This document shows, one piece after another, positions 26,278 to 38,500 of a stretch of DNA of 64,000 nt. Position 1 is the first letter of the stretch. Every line of letters starts with the position of its first letter. Source of the stretch: Terrimicrobiaceae bacterium (lineage in GTDB: Bacteria > Verrucomicrobiota > Verrucomicrobiia > Chthoniobacterales > Terrimicrobiaceae); assembly GCA_044377415.1 (NCBI GenBank), contig JBILZC010000003.1, positions 1,788-65,787 on the forward strand, given 5' to 3'. The notes beneath the pieces are model-generated. The model was given only the letters and a program-made list of their open reading frames with translations, searched no databases and was not told where the DNA came from. The position numbers and the translations under genes were made by a program.

Positions 26278-26593
26278 AAAAAATTAAACTTTAGCGCTTG
26301 CACACTTGTAGGCGTTTCCTGTTTACTTTGAAAGTGTTCCGATCTGGCTCTGCCGTTTTTGAGAGTGAGATCAAAACAAAAAACCTTTTAGTAGGAAAAA
26401 ATCCGCAAACCCGTTTGCTCAGCAAGTCAACGCCAGAAGGGGCTGCAGGTTCATCCGCATAAAAACAAATCACGCCATGAAAAATAATTCTCAGAAAATT
26501 TCATCCACTTCTTATGAGGTGAAGTCCCCGCTTGATTCGAACAAAGAAAATATTTCTGCCAATTTCCAACTGCCTCTCACCGACTCCATCGCC

Positions 26594-29500
26594 ATGAAAA
26601 AAACATCTATTCACACCTTGCCCTCCCGGCTTCTGATCGCCGCCTTGGCCTGCGCCGCGCTTCTCGCCTCCCATGCTCCGGCTTCCGCCAATGGCGGCCT
26701 GAGCTTCACCAACTACACAACAGACAATGGGCTGGGGAACAATAATCTCTATGGCGTTTATGCTAGTGGGTCCTCGATCTACGCCGCGACCGAGGGCGGG
26801 TTGTCGATCTCGACCGATGCCAGCGGGCCCTTCACAAACTACACAACAGGCAACGGGCTGGGAAACAATTATGTCTTTGGCGTTTATGCCAGTGGGTCCT
26901 CGATCTACGCCGCGACCTTTGGCGGCGGCTTGTCGATTTCGACAAATAACGGCACGACCTTCACCAATCGCACAACAGGCAATGGGCTGGGGAGCAATCA
27001 ACTCCGCGGCGTTTATGCCAGTGGGTCCTCGATCTACGCCGCGACCCGGGGCGGGTTGTCGATCTCGACCGATGGCGGCGGGACTTTCATAAACAGCACA
27101 ACAGGCAATGGGCTGGTTAGCAACCTTCTCAATGGCGTTTATGCCAGTGGGTCCTCGATCTACGCCGCGACCGATTTCGGGTTGTCGATCTCGACCGATG
27201 GCGGCGCGACCTTCACAAACTACACAACATCCAACGGCCTCGGGGCCAATAATGTCCGTGGCGTTTATGCCAGCGGGTCCTCGATCTACGCCGCGACCTT
27301 TGGCGGCGGGTTGTCGATCTCGACCGATGGCGGCCTGACTTTCGGAAACCGCACCACAGCCGATGGGCTGGGGAGCAATAATCTCAGTGGCGTTTATGCC
27401 AGTGGGTCCTCGATCTACGCGGCGACCACTAGCGGCTTGTCGATCTCGACCGATGGCGGCGCGACCTTCACAAACTACACAATGGCCGACGGCCTCGTGG
27501 CCAACGACGTAAAGGGCGTTTATGCCAGCGGATCCTCGATTTACGCTGCGACCTGGGGCGGCTTGAGTATCGGCGCCGTCCCCACCACCACTCTCTACTG
27601 GCTCGGCTCCGCAGGCGATTCCTGGACTGCCGCCAACAATTGGTCCAGCAATGCCACAGGCACGCCGACCGGCAACTTCACCGCCAGCTCCGACATCGTC
27701 TTCTCCGCCGATAACTCCTCGAACGAAACCGCCACCAACCTCGGCGGGGACCAAACCATCTCCTCCCTCACGATCAACACGACCGCCCCGGTCGGCATCT
27801 CTGGCGGTAACCTGACCGTGTCTGGAGCCACCGCCATCAATACCGGCACGCTCACTATCGGCAACGGCGGCACCACCGGTGCCCTCATCGGCGACATCAC
27901 CAACAACGCCACACTCGCATTCAACCGCTCGAATAACTCCACATACTCCGGCACCATCGACGGCACTGGCAATGTCAACAAACTCGGCAATGGCACACTC
28001 ACGCTCAATGCTTCGAACACCTACACCGGCGCCACCATGCTTTCCGCCGGCACCTTGGCGCTTGGCAATGCGGACGCGCTTTCTGGCAGCACCCTCAACC
28101 ACAGCAACAACGCGACATTGCGCTTTAGCCTCCCAGGCGCGAACACCTACAATATCGGCGGCCTCGCGGGCGACTCCTCCAGCTCCAGCATCTCCATCGG
28201 CAATAACACGCTCTCCATCGGCGCCAATAATGAAAGCACCGCCTTCTCCGGCGCGGTTTATGGCACCGGCTCGATCATCAAGTCCGGCACTGGCGCACTC
28301 ACCCTCTCCGGTTCAAGCACCTACAACGGCACCACCTCCCTAAATGCCGGAACCCTTCAGATCGGCAGCGCCAGCGGCCTCGGGTCGGGCGGCAATATCA
28401 CCTTCGGCGGCGGCACACTCCAATACGGCAACGGCATCACTGCGGATGTTTCCTCCCGCATCCAAAACAGCGGCTCCGCCATGGCCATCGATACCAACGG
28501 CAATACGGTGACCTACTCCAGTTCCATAAATGCCACAAATTCCGGCGGACTCACCAAGCTGGGAAATGGCACTCTTAGTCTCAATGGTAACAACTCCTAC
28601 ACCGGCGGCACCGTTATCGAATCCGGCACACTTACCGGAAACAATCTGGGCCTCAAAGGCGAGATCACCAACAACGCCACCCTGCTTTTAACAAATGGAA
28701 GCTCCTACCAAACCGAAATCTCCGGCACCGGAAACCTCCTTGTGGCCAACTCCGCTACCTTGCTCGGTAATGCCACCATGTCTGGCGGCACCACCATTCA
28801 ATCCGGCACCTTGACCATCGGGGGAAGAGATTCCACGCAGACATTCATCCTCGGCTCCATCGACGGAGATATCACCAACGAAGGGGCCCTACGGTTCGAC
28901 ATGAATACCGGCAACCGCACCTACAGTGGCGTGATCAGCGGCAACGGCTCGTTGGTTTCGACCTCTTCAGCCAGCTCCCCCAATGGAATTCTCTACCTCA
29001 GAGGAAACAATACCTTCACCGGCGGCACCACCTTTTCCCACGGAACTCTGGACATCTCCGGCGGCACGCTGGCTTCCTCTGGGAATTTGACGATCCTCGG
29101 CGGCTCCTTTGACATCGGTGCCAGCAATCAAACCATCGGCAATTTTAAAATCAATGGATTCCAAACAACGGCGGCCAGAGGATCCGGAATCCTCACCGCC
29201 AGCAACTACGACCTGCAACAAGGCACGGTTTCCTTCTCGCTCAATGGCACGGCCGGTCTTGCAAAAAACTCCGTTGGTTATGGATCGGACAGTTACCAAA
29301 ATGGCGTTGTCCACCTCTCTGGCAACAACACCGCCACCGGCAACATCACGGTCTCCAGCGGCATCCTCTCCTTTAACACCGTCCAGTCCCTCTACAGCGG
29401 AAACAATGCTTCTTGGACGCCGGACAAAATCAGTGTCAGTGCGAACTCCACCCTCGCCCTCGGCACGGGAGATGGCAGCGCCACGAGCGGCTTTAGCGAC

Positions 29501-32500
29501 GCCCAAATATTCGAAATTTTCTCAAGCCTCACGCAGAACTCCACGGGCACCCTGACCCCGACCACCGGCCTCACTGCGGGTTCCAGCATCGGCTTCAATG
29601 TGGCCAGCGGCAATTTCACGCTCAACTCCACTATTTCCGACCGCCTGGATCTCGGCGTGATCGGCATGGATAAAATTGGCGCCGGTGCACTGGTTCTGGG
29701 CTCGTCGAACACCTTTACTGGGCCCATCAATATCTATGAGGGAACCATCCGCGCCGGCACTGACTACGCACTCTCCAACAGCACCAGCCTCGTTGTCTCA
29801 CTCAAGGATAACACCCGTCCCGCCACCTACGATATCGGAGATTTCAATCAGCAATTTGTGGATGTCACGCTCCTGGGTGGCATTCTCAACGGCGGCAACG
29901 GCACCATCACCGCCACCGGCAACTATTCCATGGTCAGCGGAAACTCCTTCGCAAATCTCGCCGGCGTCGCTCCCTTGCTGAAAACCGGTAGTGGAATCGC
30001 CTACCTTTACGGAAATAGCACCTACTTAGGCCATACGACAATAAACGGAACATATTGGTCGAGACCGTCTGCATCCGACGCAAGACTCCAGTTCCAAAAC
30101 CCGGTGGCGCTCTATACGGATGATGTCTCCAAATGGAACGGCGGCAACATCACGGTCAACCAATACGGCATCTTTTCCGTGCGTGCCGACGATACCGGCG
30201 CCCAAGGCTTTACCGAAGACCGGATCGCAACGCTCATCACCAACCTCATTTCGGCAAACCGCACCTCCGGAGGCTTCCTCGCTGGCTCGGCCTTCGGGAT
30301 CGATACCGCAGGCACCAACATGACGCTCTCCACCGCGCTCACGGATTCCACGGGCCAAGTTCCAGGCGGTGGTGCCATCGGCTTCATCAAATACGGCACC
30401 GGAACGCTCACGCTCAACGGCACAAACAATACCCACAGCCTCGTGACATCTGTCACAGGGGGAACGCTCGCTCTCGCTCCGGGAACCACGCTCTCCGCAG
30501 CCAACGCCACCATTTCCGTTCAGAATGCCTCGCTCGACCTCGGAACCACCTCGCAAACCGTGGCCCAAGTCGGTGTCTCAAACGGCTTTATTCTTGGCAG
30601 CGGCACCCTCACTGCCAATGCGGGCAACTACTCTTTTTACAGTGCGAACATCACAGCCAACCTCGCCGGACCCGTAGGAGCAAATATTGAAAACTACTCA
30701 GGCACCACGACTCTCGCAGGAAACAATACACATAGCGGCAACACCAATGTTGGCGTTTCGGCCACGGTGAGTCTCGCCAATCTCAATGCCGTGGTCGCCT
30801 CGACATTGGTAACCGATTCGGGATCGGCTACCCTCTTCGCCGTCGTTGGAGCGAACACCTACAATCTCGGTGGTCTCCAAGGCTTAGGAAACATCGCTTT
30901 CGGCAACAACACGCTCTCCATCGGCGCGAACAACCAAAGCACATCCTATGGCAGCACTGCCGGCAGCCTCAGCGGCACAGGCTCTGTCATTAAGGTCGGC
31001 AACGGAACGCTCACTTTCGAAGGCAACAACACCTATTCAGGCGGCACCACGATTTCGGCGGGCACCCTCGCCCTTGGCAACAACACCACCGGTGGTTCCG
31101 TGACTGGAAATATCACCAACGACGCCAACCTCATCATCAACCGCTCAGGCAATTTCACATTCGCCAATGTCGTCAGCGGATCTGGAAATGTGACTCAAGT
31201 GAGCTCGGGTCGTTTGATTGTCTCCGGGGCAAATACCTACACCGGAAATACCTCCGTCAATGCTGGCACGCTGGACCTCACCGGCTCTCTGGAGAGCAGT
31301 TCCATCGGCATCGCCAGCGGGGCGGCTCTTTTAAACCAGAACGGTGGCCTCTCCGCAAACACCGCCGTGGCAAATTCCGGAAACTTCACCGTCAACGCCG
31401 CCGACACCATCGGCTCGCTCTCAGGCTCCGGTAATACAATCCTAAACGCCGCCCTCACCACTGGCAGTCTGGGCACCGCTGATGTAATCTCCGGAAGCAT
31501 CACCGGCACCGCCTCGCTCACCAAGGAGGGCACTGGCACCCTCTCAATCAACGGTTCCGCCACCAACTCCGGCGGCCTCGTGATTTCAAATGGCACCCTC
31601 TCCATAGGCAACGGCGGAACCAGTGGTTCCATTACAGGCGACATTACCAACAGCGCCGCCCTCGTCTTCAACCGTTCGAATGCCTACACATACAGCGGCA
31701 TCGTCTCAGGCGGCGGTTCCCTCGAGCAACTCGGCACAGGCACGACGATCCTCGACGGCAACAACACCTACTCAGGAGGAACCATCGTCACGGCCGGCAC
31801 CCTGCAGGGCACCACGCAAAGCCTCCAAGGTGCCATTACGAACAACGCCACCTTGGTCTTTAACCAAACCGCGAACGGCACCTACTCCGGCGACATTGCT
31901 GGCACTGGCTTGCTTACAAAAAATGGCACAGGCACGATTACATTCAGCGGCACAAGTTCCTTCAGCGGCAATGCCTCCATCAACACCGGCACCCTCGCCG
32001 TCACCGGTTCGCTCGCCAACGCCGCCACGCAAATCAATTCCGGCGCCACCCTCACCGGCAACGGCACGCTCGGCGCGGTCACTATCAACTCCGGGGGCAC
32101 CATCGCCCCCGGAACCATCACAGTTGGCAACATGACCTGGAACAGCGGTGGCACCTACGCGTGGGAACTTGGCAATGTCACCAGCACGGCTGGCACTGGT
32201 TGGGACCTGATCAGCTCCGCCGGCACCCTCACGATTGGCGCGAATGCAACCAACCAGTTCATCATCGCAGCCAGCACCAACAGCTCTTCCAGCGGTTTCG
32301 ATCCAAGTGTGAGGAGCACAAGTTGGAAAATAGCCGACTTTGCGGGTGGCATTTTAGGATTCTCGGCCGATGCCTTCTCCATCAACACCACAGGCTTTGG
32401 AACTCTGCCCAGTGTGTATGCGTTCTTAGTGACCGCCGATAGCAACGCGCTCTACATGAACTACGGCACGATCGCCACTTGGAGCGGCGGCACGGGCAAT

Positions 32501-35500
32501 TGGACGGACACCTCTAACTGGGTGAACGGCTTCCCCGCCGCCAACGGCCTAGCCGTGGAATACGCCGGCACAAACGGAACAAGCACAAACAATTCCGGCA
32601 CCAACAGCATCGAATCTCTCACCTTTACGAACAATGCTACCGGAGCCTTTACCCTCGCGGGCGGTGGGCTCACCATCGGAGCAGGCGGCATCGTCAACGA
32701 TTCGGCATACACAAACACGATCGCCATGAACCTCGCCCTGGGCGCGAACCAAACCTTCGCCGCCAACACAGCGAACCTCGTCGTTTCCGGCAACATCTCC
32801 GGCGCCGCCTCGCTCACTAAGGCTGGCAACCAAACCCTCACTCTCGAGGGCAGCAATACCTACACCGGCACTACGACGGTCAACAACGGAACCCTCGAAG
32901 TTGCTACAGGCGGGTCTATTAACAACACCGCCGACATCTTCGTCGGAATTTTAAACGGGGATAATGGCACCTTCCATCTCAATGGTGGGAGTGTCAGCAA
33001 TGCGGGGGGTTATCTTGGAGCTCAAGTCGGCAGCGTTGGCGCCGCCTCCGTGAGCGCTGGAAATTGGACGAATACCGGCTCTCTCTTTGTCGGCGTTGGG
33101 GGCACAGGCAGCCTCACGATCAATGGCACCGGCAATGTGACGAACAGCGATGGCTACATTGGCCATTTCTCTGGTAGCAACGGCACGGTGGGCGTGAGCG
33201 GGGGCACTTGGACAAACAACACCAACCTTTTCATTGGCAATGAAGGCACTGGTAGCCTCACGATCAGCGGCACGGGCAATGTGACGAATAGCGATGGCTA
33301 CATTGGCAATCTCGCTGGCGGCAACGGCACGGTGAGCGTAAGCGGAGGCACATGGACCAACTCCAGCAACCTCTTTGTCGGTGTATCCGGCACTGGCAGC
33401 CTGACGATCAACGGCACGGGCACCGTCATCGTCGGCGACACCCTCTCCCGCGGATCCAATGGCACGATTAACTTGGAATCTGGGGGAACGCTGCAGATTG
33501 GCACAGGTGGGGCTACCGGTACCCTGGCCACAGACCTAGCCAACGACGGCACTCTTATTTTTAACCTGACTGGTAGCTCAGAGGACACCCATGCGATCAG
33601 CGGCACAGGCACGCTTACTAAAAATGGCACAGGCACGCTCATCCTCAGCGGTAGCAATACCTACACGGGCAGCACCACATTGAATGCCGGAACGCTCGAA
33701 GTGAATTCCACATTCGAAAATACAGCCACAACCGTGAACTCCGGCGGCACCTTGGCAGGTGTTGGTTCACTCGGCGATGTATCCATCAACTCCGGCGGCG
33801 CCATTGCTCCCGGCAACAGCGCCGGGATGATCTCGGTTGGCAACCTCACTCTCAACGGTGGCGCGATCTACAACTGGCAAACTTCTTCCGGGAACGGCAC
33901 CGGCACGGCGGGCACGGATTGGGACCTCATTTCCTCGGCCGGGTCGCTCACGCTTAACACTAGCTCAGCAAATATCACCATCAACCTCTCCTTGCTTGGC
34001 ACAACGCTCGAGGGCGTGAAGAAAGCCTCCTGGGACATCGGCAACTTCACCGCCGGCATCACCGGCTTCAATAAGAATGCCTTCTCGTTCGATGCATTCT
34101 CCATGAATGGCTCAGATGGCCGATATTTCATGAGTCTCGGAGTAGGAAATACCACGCTTGTCCTCAACTACAAGACCGCTGCCACCTGGATTACGGGAAA
34201 CGGAAATTGGACCACACCTAGTCAGTGGGAAGACGATTCGTTGCCTGAAAACGGGGATGCGGTCGAATTTACGGGTGCGGGAGGCACAAGCACAAACAAC
34301 TTCGCCAGCGCAAACCTTTCCACAGTTTCCGGTTTCAACTTCCTCGAAGGAGCAGGCGCCTACACCGTCAACGGCAACACACTGCAAATCGGCCAAGATG
34401 GCATTGTCAACTCCTCGAACCAGACCCAGACCATCGCGATGGATGTGACTTCCGATGGGCTGCTCACCGTGAATGCAGCCTCGGGCAATCTGGTTCTCTC
34501 GGGCGTGTTCTCTGGCAATTGGCAGCACAACCTCGAAAAAACCGGCAACGCCACCCTCACGCTCACAGGTAACAACATCTATGAGGGAGGAACGATCATC
34601 TCAGCGGGAACTCTGCAAATCGGCAATGGCGGCACCACTGGATCAGTGATCGGCGACATTGCAAATGTCGGGGCGCTTGTCTTCAATCGCGCCGATAGCA
34701 CCACCTTCACCGGCAACATCACCGGCACCGGAGGGGTGAACCAAGTCGGAACTGGCACTCTCGTTCTGACTGCCGACAGCACCTACACCGGCAACACCAC
34801 GATTTCCTCGGGCACCCTGCAACTGGGCAACGGTGGCACGAGCGGATCGCTCGCCGGCGCGATCCTCAACAACGCCACCCTCGCCATCAACCGCTCGGAT
34901 GACCTGACATTCGCCAACGCCCTTACCGGCACGGGATCCGTCCTCAAATTGGGCAACAACACGCTCACCTACACCTCGACAAGCCCGCAAGGCGGCACGA
35001 CGGTCAACGCAGGCACGCTCTTGGTCACAGGCACCACCACCTCGGTCACCGTTAACAACTCTGGCACACTCGCGGGCACCGGAACCATCGGCGATGTTAC
35101 CATCAACTCCGGCGGTGCCATCGCTCCCGGCAACAGTCCTGGCACGATCTCAGTTGGGAATCTGACCCTTTCGGGTGGGGCAATTTACAACTGGCAAACG
35201 CTTTCCCTCAATGGCACCGGTATTGCTGGAACCGATTGGGATTTGATCACCTCGAGCGGCAGCCTTTCGATCAATGCCTCGGCAAATTCAACTGTCGGCA
35301 TCCGTGTTTCCACTCTGAACGGCAACTTCACCAGCAACATTAAGAAGGCCCAGTGGCAGATCGGCAACTTCACCAGCGGAATCACGGTTTACGACCAGTC
35401 GTATTTCTCGGTCAACGCAAGCGGAACGGGATCAAGGGGCAGGTTCTTCGTCACCACGAACAATACCAGCCTGCTGTTGAACTACAAAACCGCAGCCGTG

Positions 35501-38500
35501 TGGATTGGCGGAAATGGAAGCTGGACAACCGCTAATTTGTGGGAAGATGCCTATCCTCCAGAAAATGGCGACGCGGTGGAATTCTCAGGTTCGGGTGGCA
35601 CGAGCACGAACAACAGCAGCCTGACCTCCATTGCCGGCCTCACCTTCACATCCAGCGCAACTGGTTCCTACACGCTGAATGGAAATGCCCTTGCCATTGG
35701 GGAAGAAGGCATCGTCAATGATTCCGCATTCGACCACGCAATCGCGCTCAATCTCACCGGCGGGGTTGTCTTTGGCGTCAATGCCGCGACAAACAACCTG
35801 ACCCTTTCCGGGGTTGTCTCGGGCAACTCTGCGCTTCTCAAAAACGGCAATTCCACACTAACGCTCACCGGAATCAACATCTATACGGGTGGCACAACGG
35901 TAAGCGCTGGCGCACTGGTTGGCACAACACAAAGCCTCCAAGGAGCCATCGCGAATAACGCGGCGCTGAATTTCAATCAATCCTTCAGTGGCACCTACGC
36001 CGGAGCGATGAGTGGAACAGGTTCGCTCACGAAAACCGGAAGCGGCGTTGTATTGCTCAGTGGCAATAACACCTACAGCGGTGGCACAACGATCAACTCA
36101 GGCACTTTGAAGGCGGCGCTCAGTGGCAACTTGGTCACCCTAAATCCGAACGCGTTTGGAACCGGAGGGGTCAACATCAACGCTGGTGGCGCTATGCTAG
36201 TGCCATCCACAACGCCGGATGGTTCCCACCTTTCGATCGGTGGTGATCTCACTCTCAACAATGGCACAATCGCATTCTACGACATCGGCACGTCGCCGGC
36301 CGGTCAGGATTTGCGAATCGATGTCTCGGGCAACTTCACCAATGCCGGCAGCGGAGCGGTCTTCGACTTCAGCCAAGTGGAAGCCCTCGACGCAGGCAAC
36401 TACACGCTTGTGAGTTACACCTTCACCAACTTCGCCACCAGCGCCATCAGCTCGCGCGCCGGTGTGGGAACAACATTGCAAGGCAGCTTCTCCATGAACG
36501 GAAGCTCGTTGGTTTACACGGTCCTCGGTGCCCAATCCTCGGGAACAGACATCCAAAACAACGGTGGTCCAAATACGCCGATTGTTTCCAACTACACAAT
36601 CAACCAAACAGGTGTCGTGACGATTGGCGCAAACAACACGGTTGAAGCGCTCACATTTAATTCCGATGGATCGCTCAACATTCAACAAGATGGCGTGCTA
36701 AATGTTACTTCAGGAACACTCAATGTGGAGGATGGCAGTTCCGTGGTGAGTGGAGGAACCCTCTTAGCACCTGCAGGATTCAACAAGGATGGCGGGGGCG
36801 AACTCGACTTCACCAATAATATGGTGGTCACTGGAGCGGCTGCCGTGAATGAGGGACTTCTTTCCGTGAATGGTAATCTGACATTTAGCGGAGGTTCTGG
36901 AAACATTACTGTGGGCGGTAATGGAACACTTGGCGGCAATGGATCGATTGCAGGTAATGTGTTGTTTGCAGGCGGTAATCTCGCTCCGGGTAACTCGCCC
37001 GGTAACCTAACAATCGGCGGTAATCTGGTGCTAACCGGAGCCAATTCCACAATTATTGAAATAGCCAGCCCGACGAACTTCGACAGGATTACCGTGACGG
37101 GTCAGGCAACGCTGGCTGGAAATATGAGCGTTGTGCAATTCGGCGGATACCAACTCGCTTACGGTCAGCGATACGACATTCTCACGGCGGTCGGCGGAAT
37201 AACCGGAGAATTCGCAAATATCAATATGCCTGTTGAATTTGAAAATAGCCGCGGCCGTTTCCTCATCAGCGGCACCACCGGCACGCTCTTGATCGCACCG
37301 TTGAGCTATGTGCCGCTGGCTCTCAATCAAAACCAGCGCAATGTCGCCGCCGCGCTGGATACCTTCATTGCCGCAACATCGGGCGACCAGCAGACCGTGA
37401 GCATCGCGCTTGATTCTCTAACCACCGGGGAATACCCGTCGGCATTCAATCAAATCATGCCTGGCTTCTACGAGAGTCTCGCTAGCGTCTCGATCGAGCA
37501 GGCGTTCAACCAAACGCAAATGCTCAACCAGCGCATCGGTTCTGTGCGACTAGGGGCATCAGGCTTCCAAGCCATGGGCGGCATCACGCAACCGCTGATG
37601 TATGACAAGGACGGCAAAAGCGCAGCTGCGGCGAAAGATGCCAGCCCGATCGTGGAATCGGCCATGGCGACAAACTGGAACACTTGGGCGTTGGGCAACG
37701 GACAGTTCTCACGCACAACCAATCTCTCTAATCTGCAGAACTCGAGTACAGAAGCGGGCGGCTTCCTCGTGGGAGCAGATTATCGCTGGAGTGAAAACCT
37801 CGTGAGCGGTCTGTATGCGGGCTACGAATACACCTACTCAAAATACGGCAGTGACAGCAATATGCGGGGTAATGGCGTGAACTTCGGAGGCTACGCCAGC
37901 TACGCAACGGAGGAAGGCTACTACGCGGATGCAGTGATCGGCGGCGGTTACACAGGTTACCAGACACGGCGCTCGATCAAATTCAGCACGATTGACCGCA
38001 CCGCAAAGGCGGATCCAAATAGCACCCACTTCAGCGCCGCGCTGAACCTCGGGAAGGACTTCGAGGTCGGCAAGTTCACGCTCGGCCCGATCGTTGGAGC
38101 GCAATACACCTACGCTGGCATTGGCAGCTTCACAGAAAGCGGAGCCGATAGCCTCGATCTCGAACTCGATCAGCAAAATGCCAACAGCTTGCGCAGCACT
38201 CTGGGTGGTCGCATCGCCTACACCTGGAACCTAAATCAGAAAATCGCCATTATCCCCGAGGTTCGGATGTTCTGGCAGCACGAGTTCCTGAACAATGCAC
38301 GGAACATCAATGCGAGCTTGGATGGAGGCAATGGAGCGGCCTTCGACTTCAAAACCACGGATCCGTATCGCAGCAGCGTCTTTGCAGGAGCCGGCGTCAC
38401 TGCGCAGTTCGGCAAAAACCTGAGCGGCTCGGTGTTCTACAATGTGAATTTCGGGAGCCAGACCTACCAAAGCGGCATGGTGAGCGTTGGTCTGAATGTG

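Noticed and set aside
26501-28102. 533-aa minus-strand ORF, and many other 60-180 aa ORFs in alternative frames of both PATR genes (e.g. 768..1082, 1124..1525, 27595..28020, 31237..31671, 36197..36688)
   Set aside because: These are artefacts of GC-rich, Gly/Thr/Asn/Ser-codon repeats that lack stops in several frames. Their products are low-complexity Gly/Arg/Ala/Pro strings. The sense frame has coherent repeat, signal and barrel architecture.
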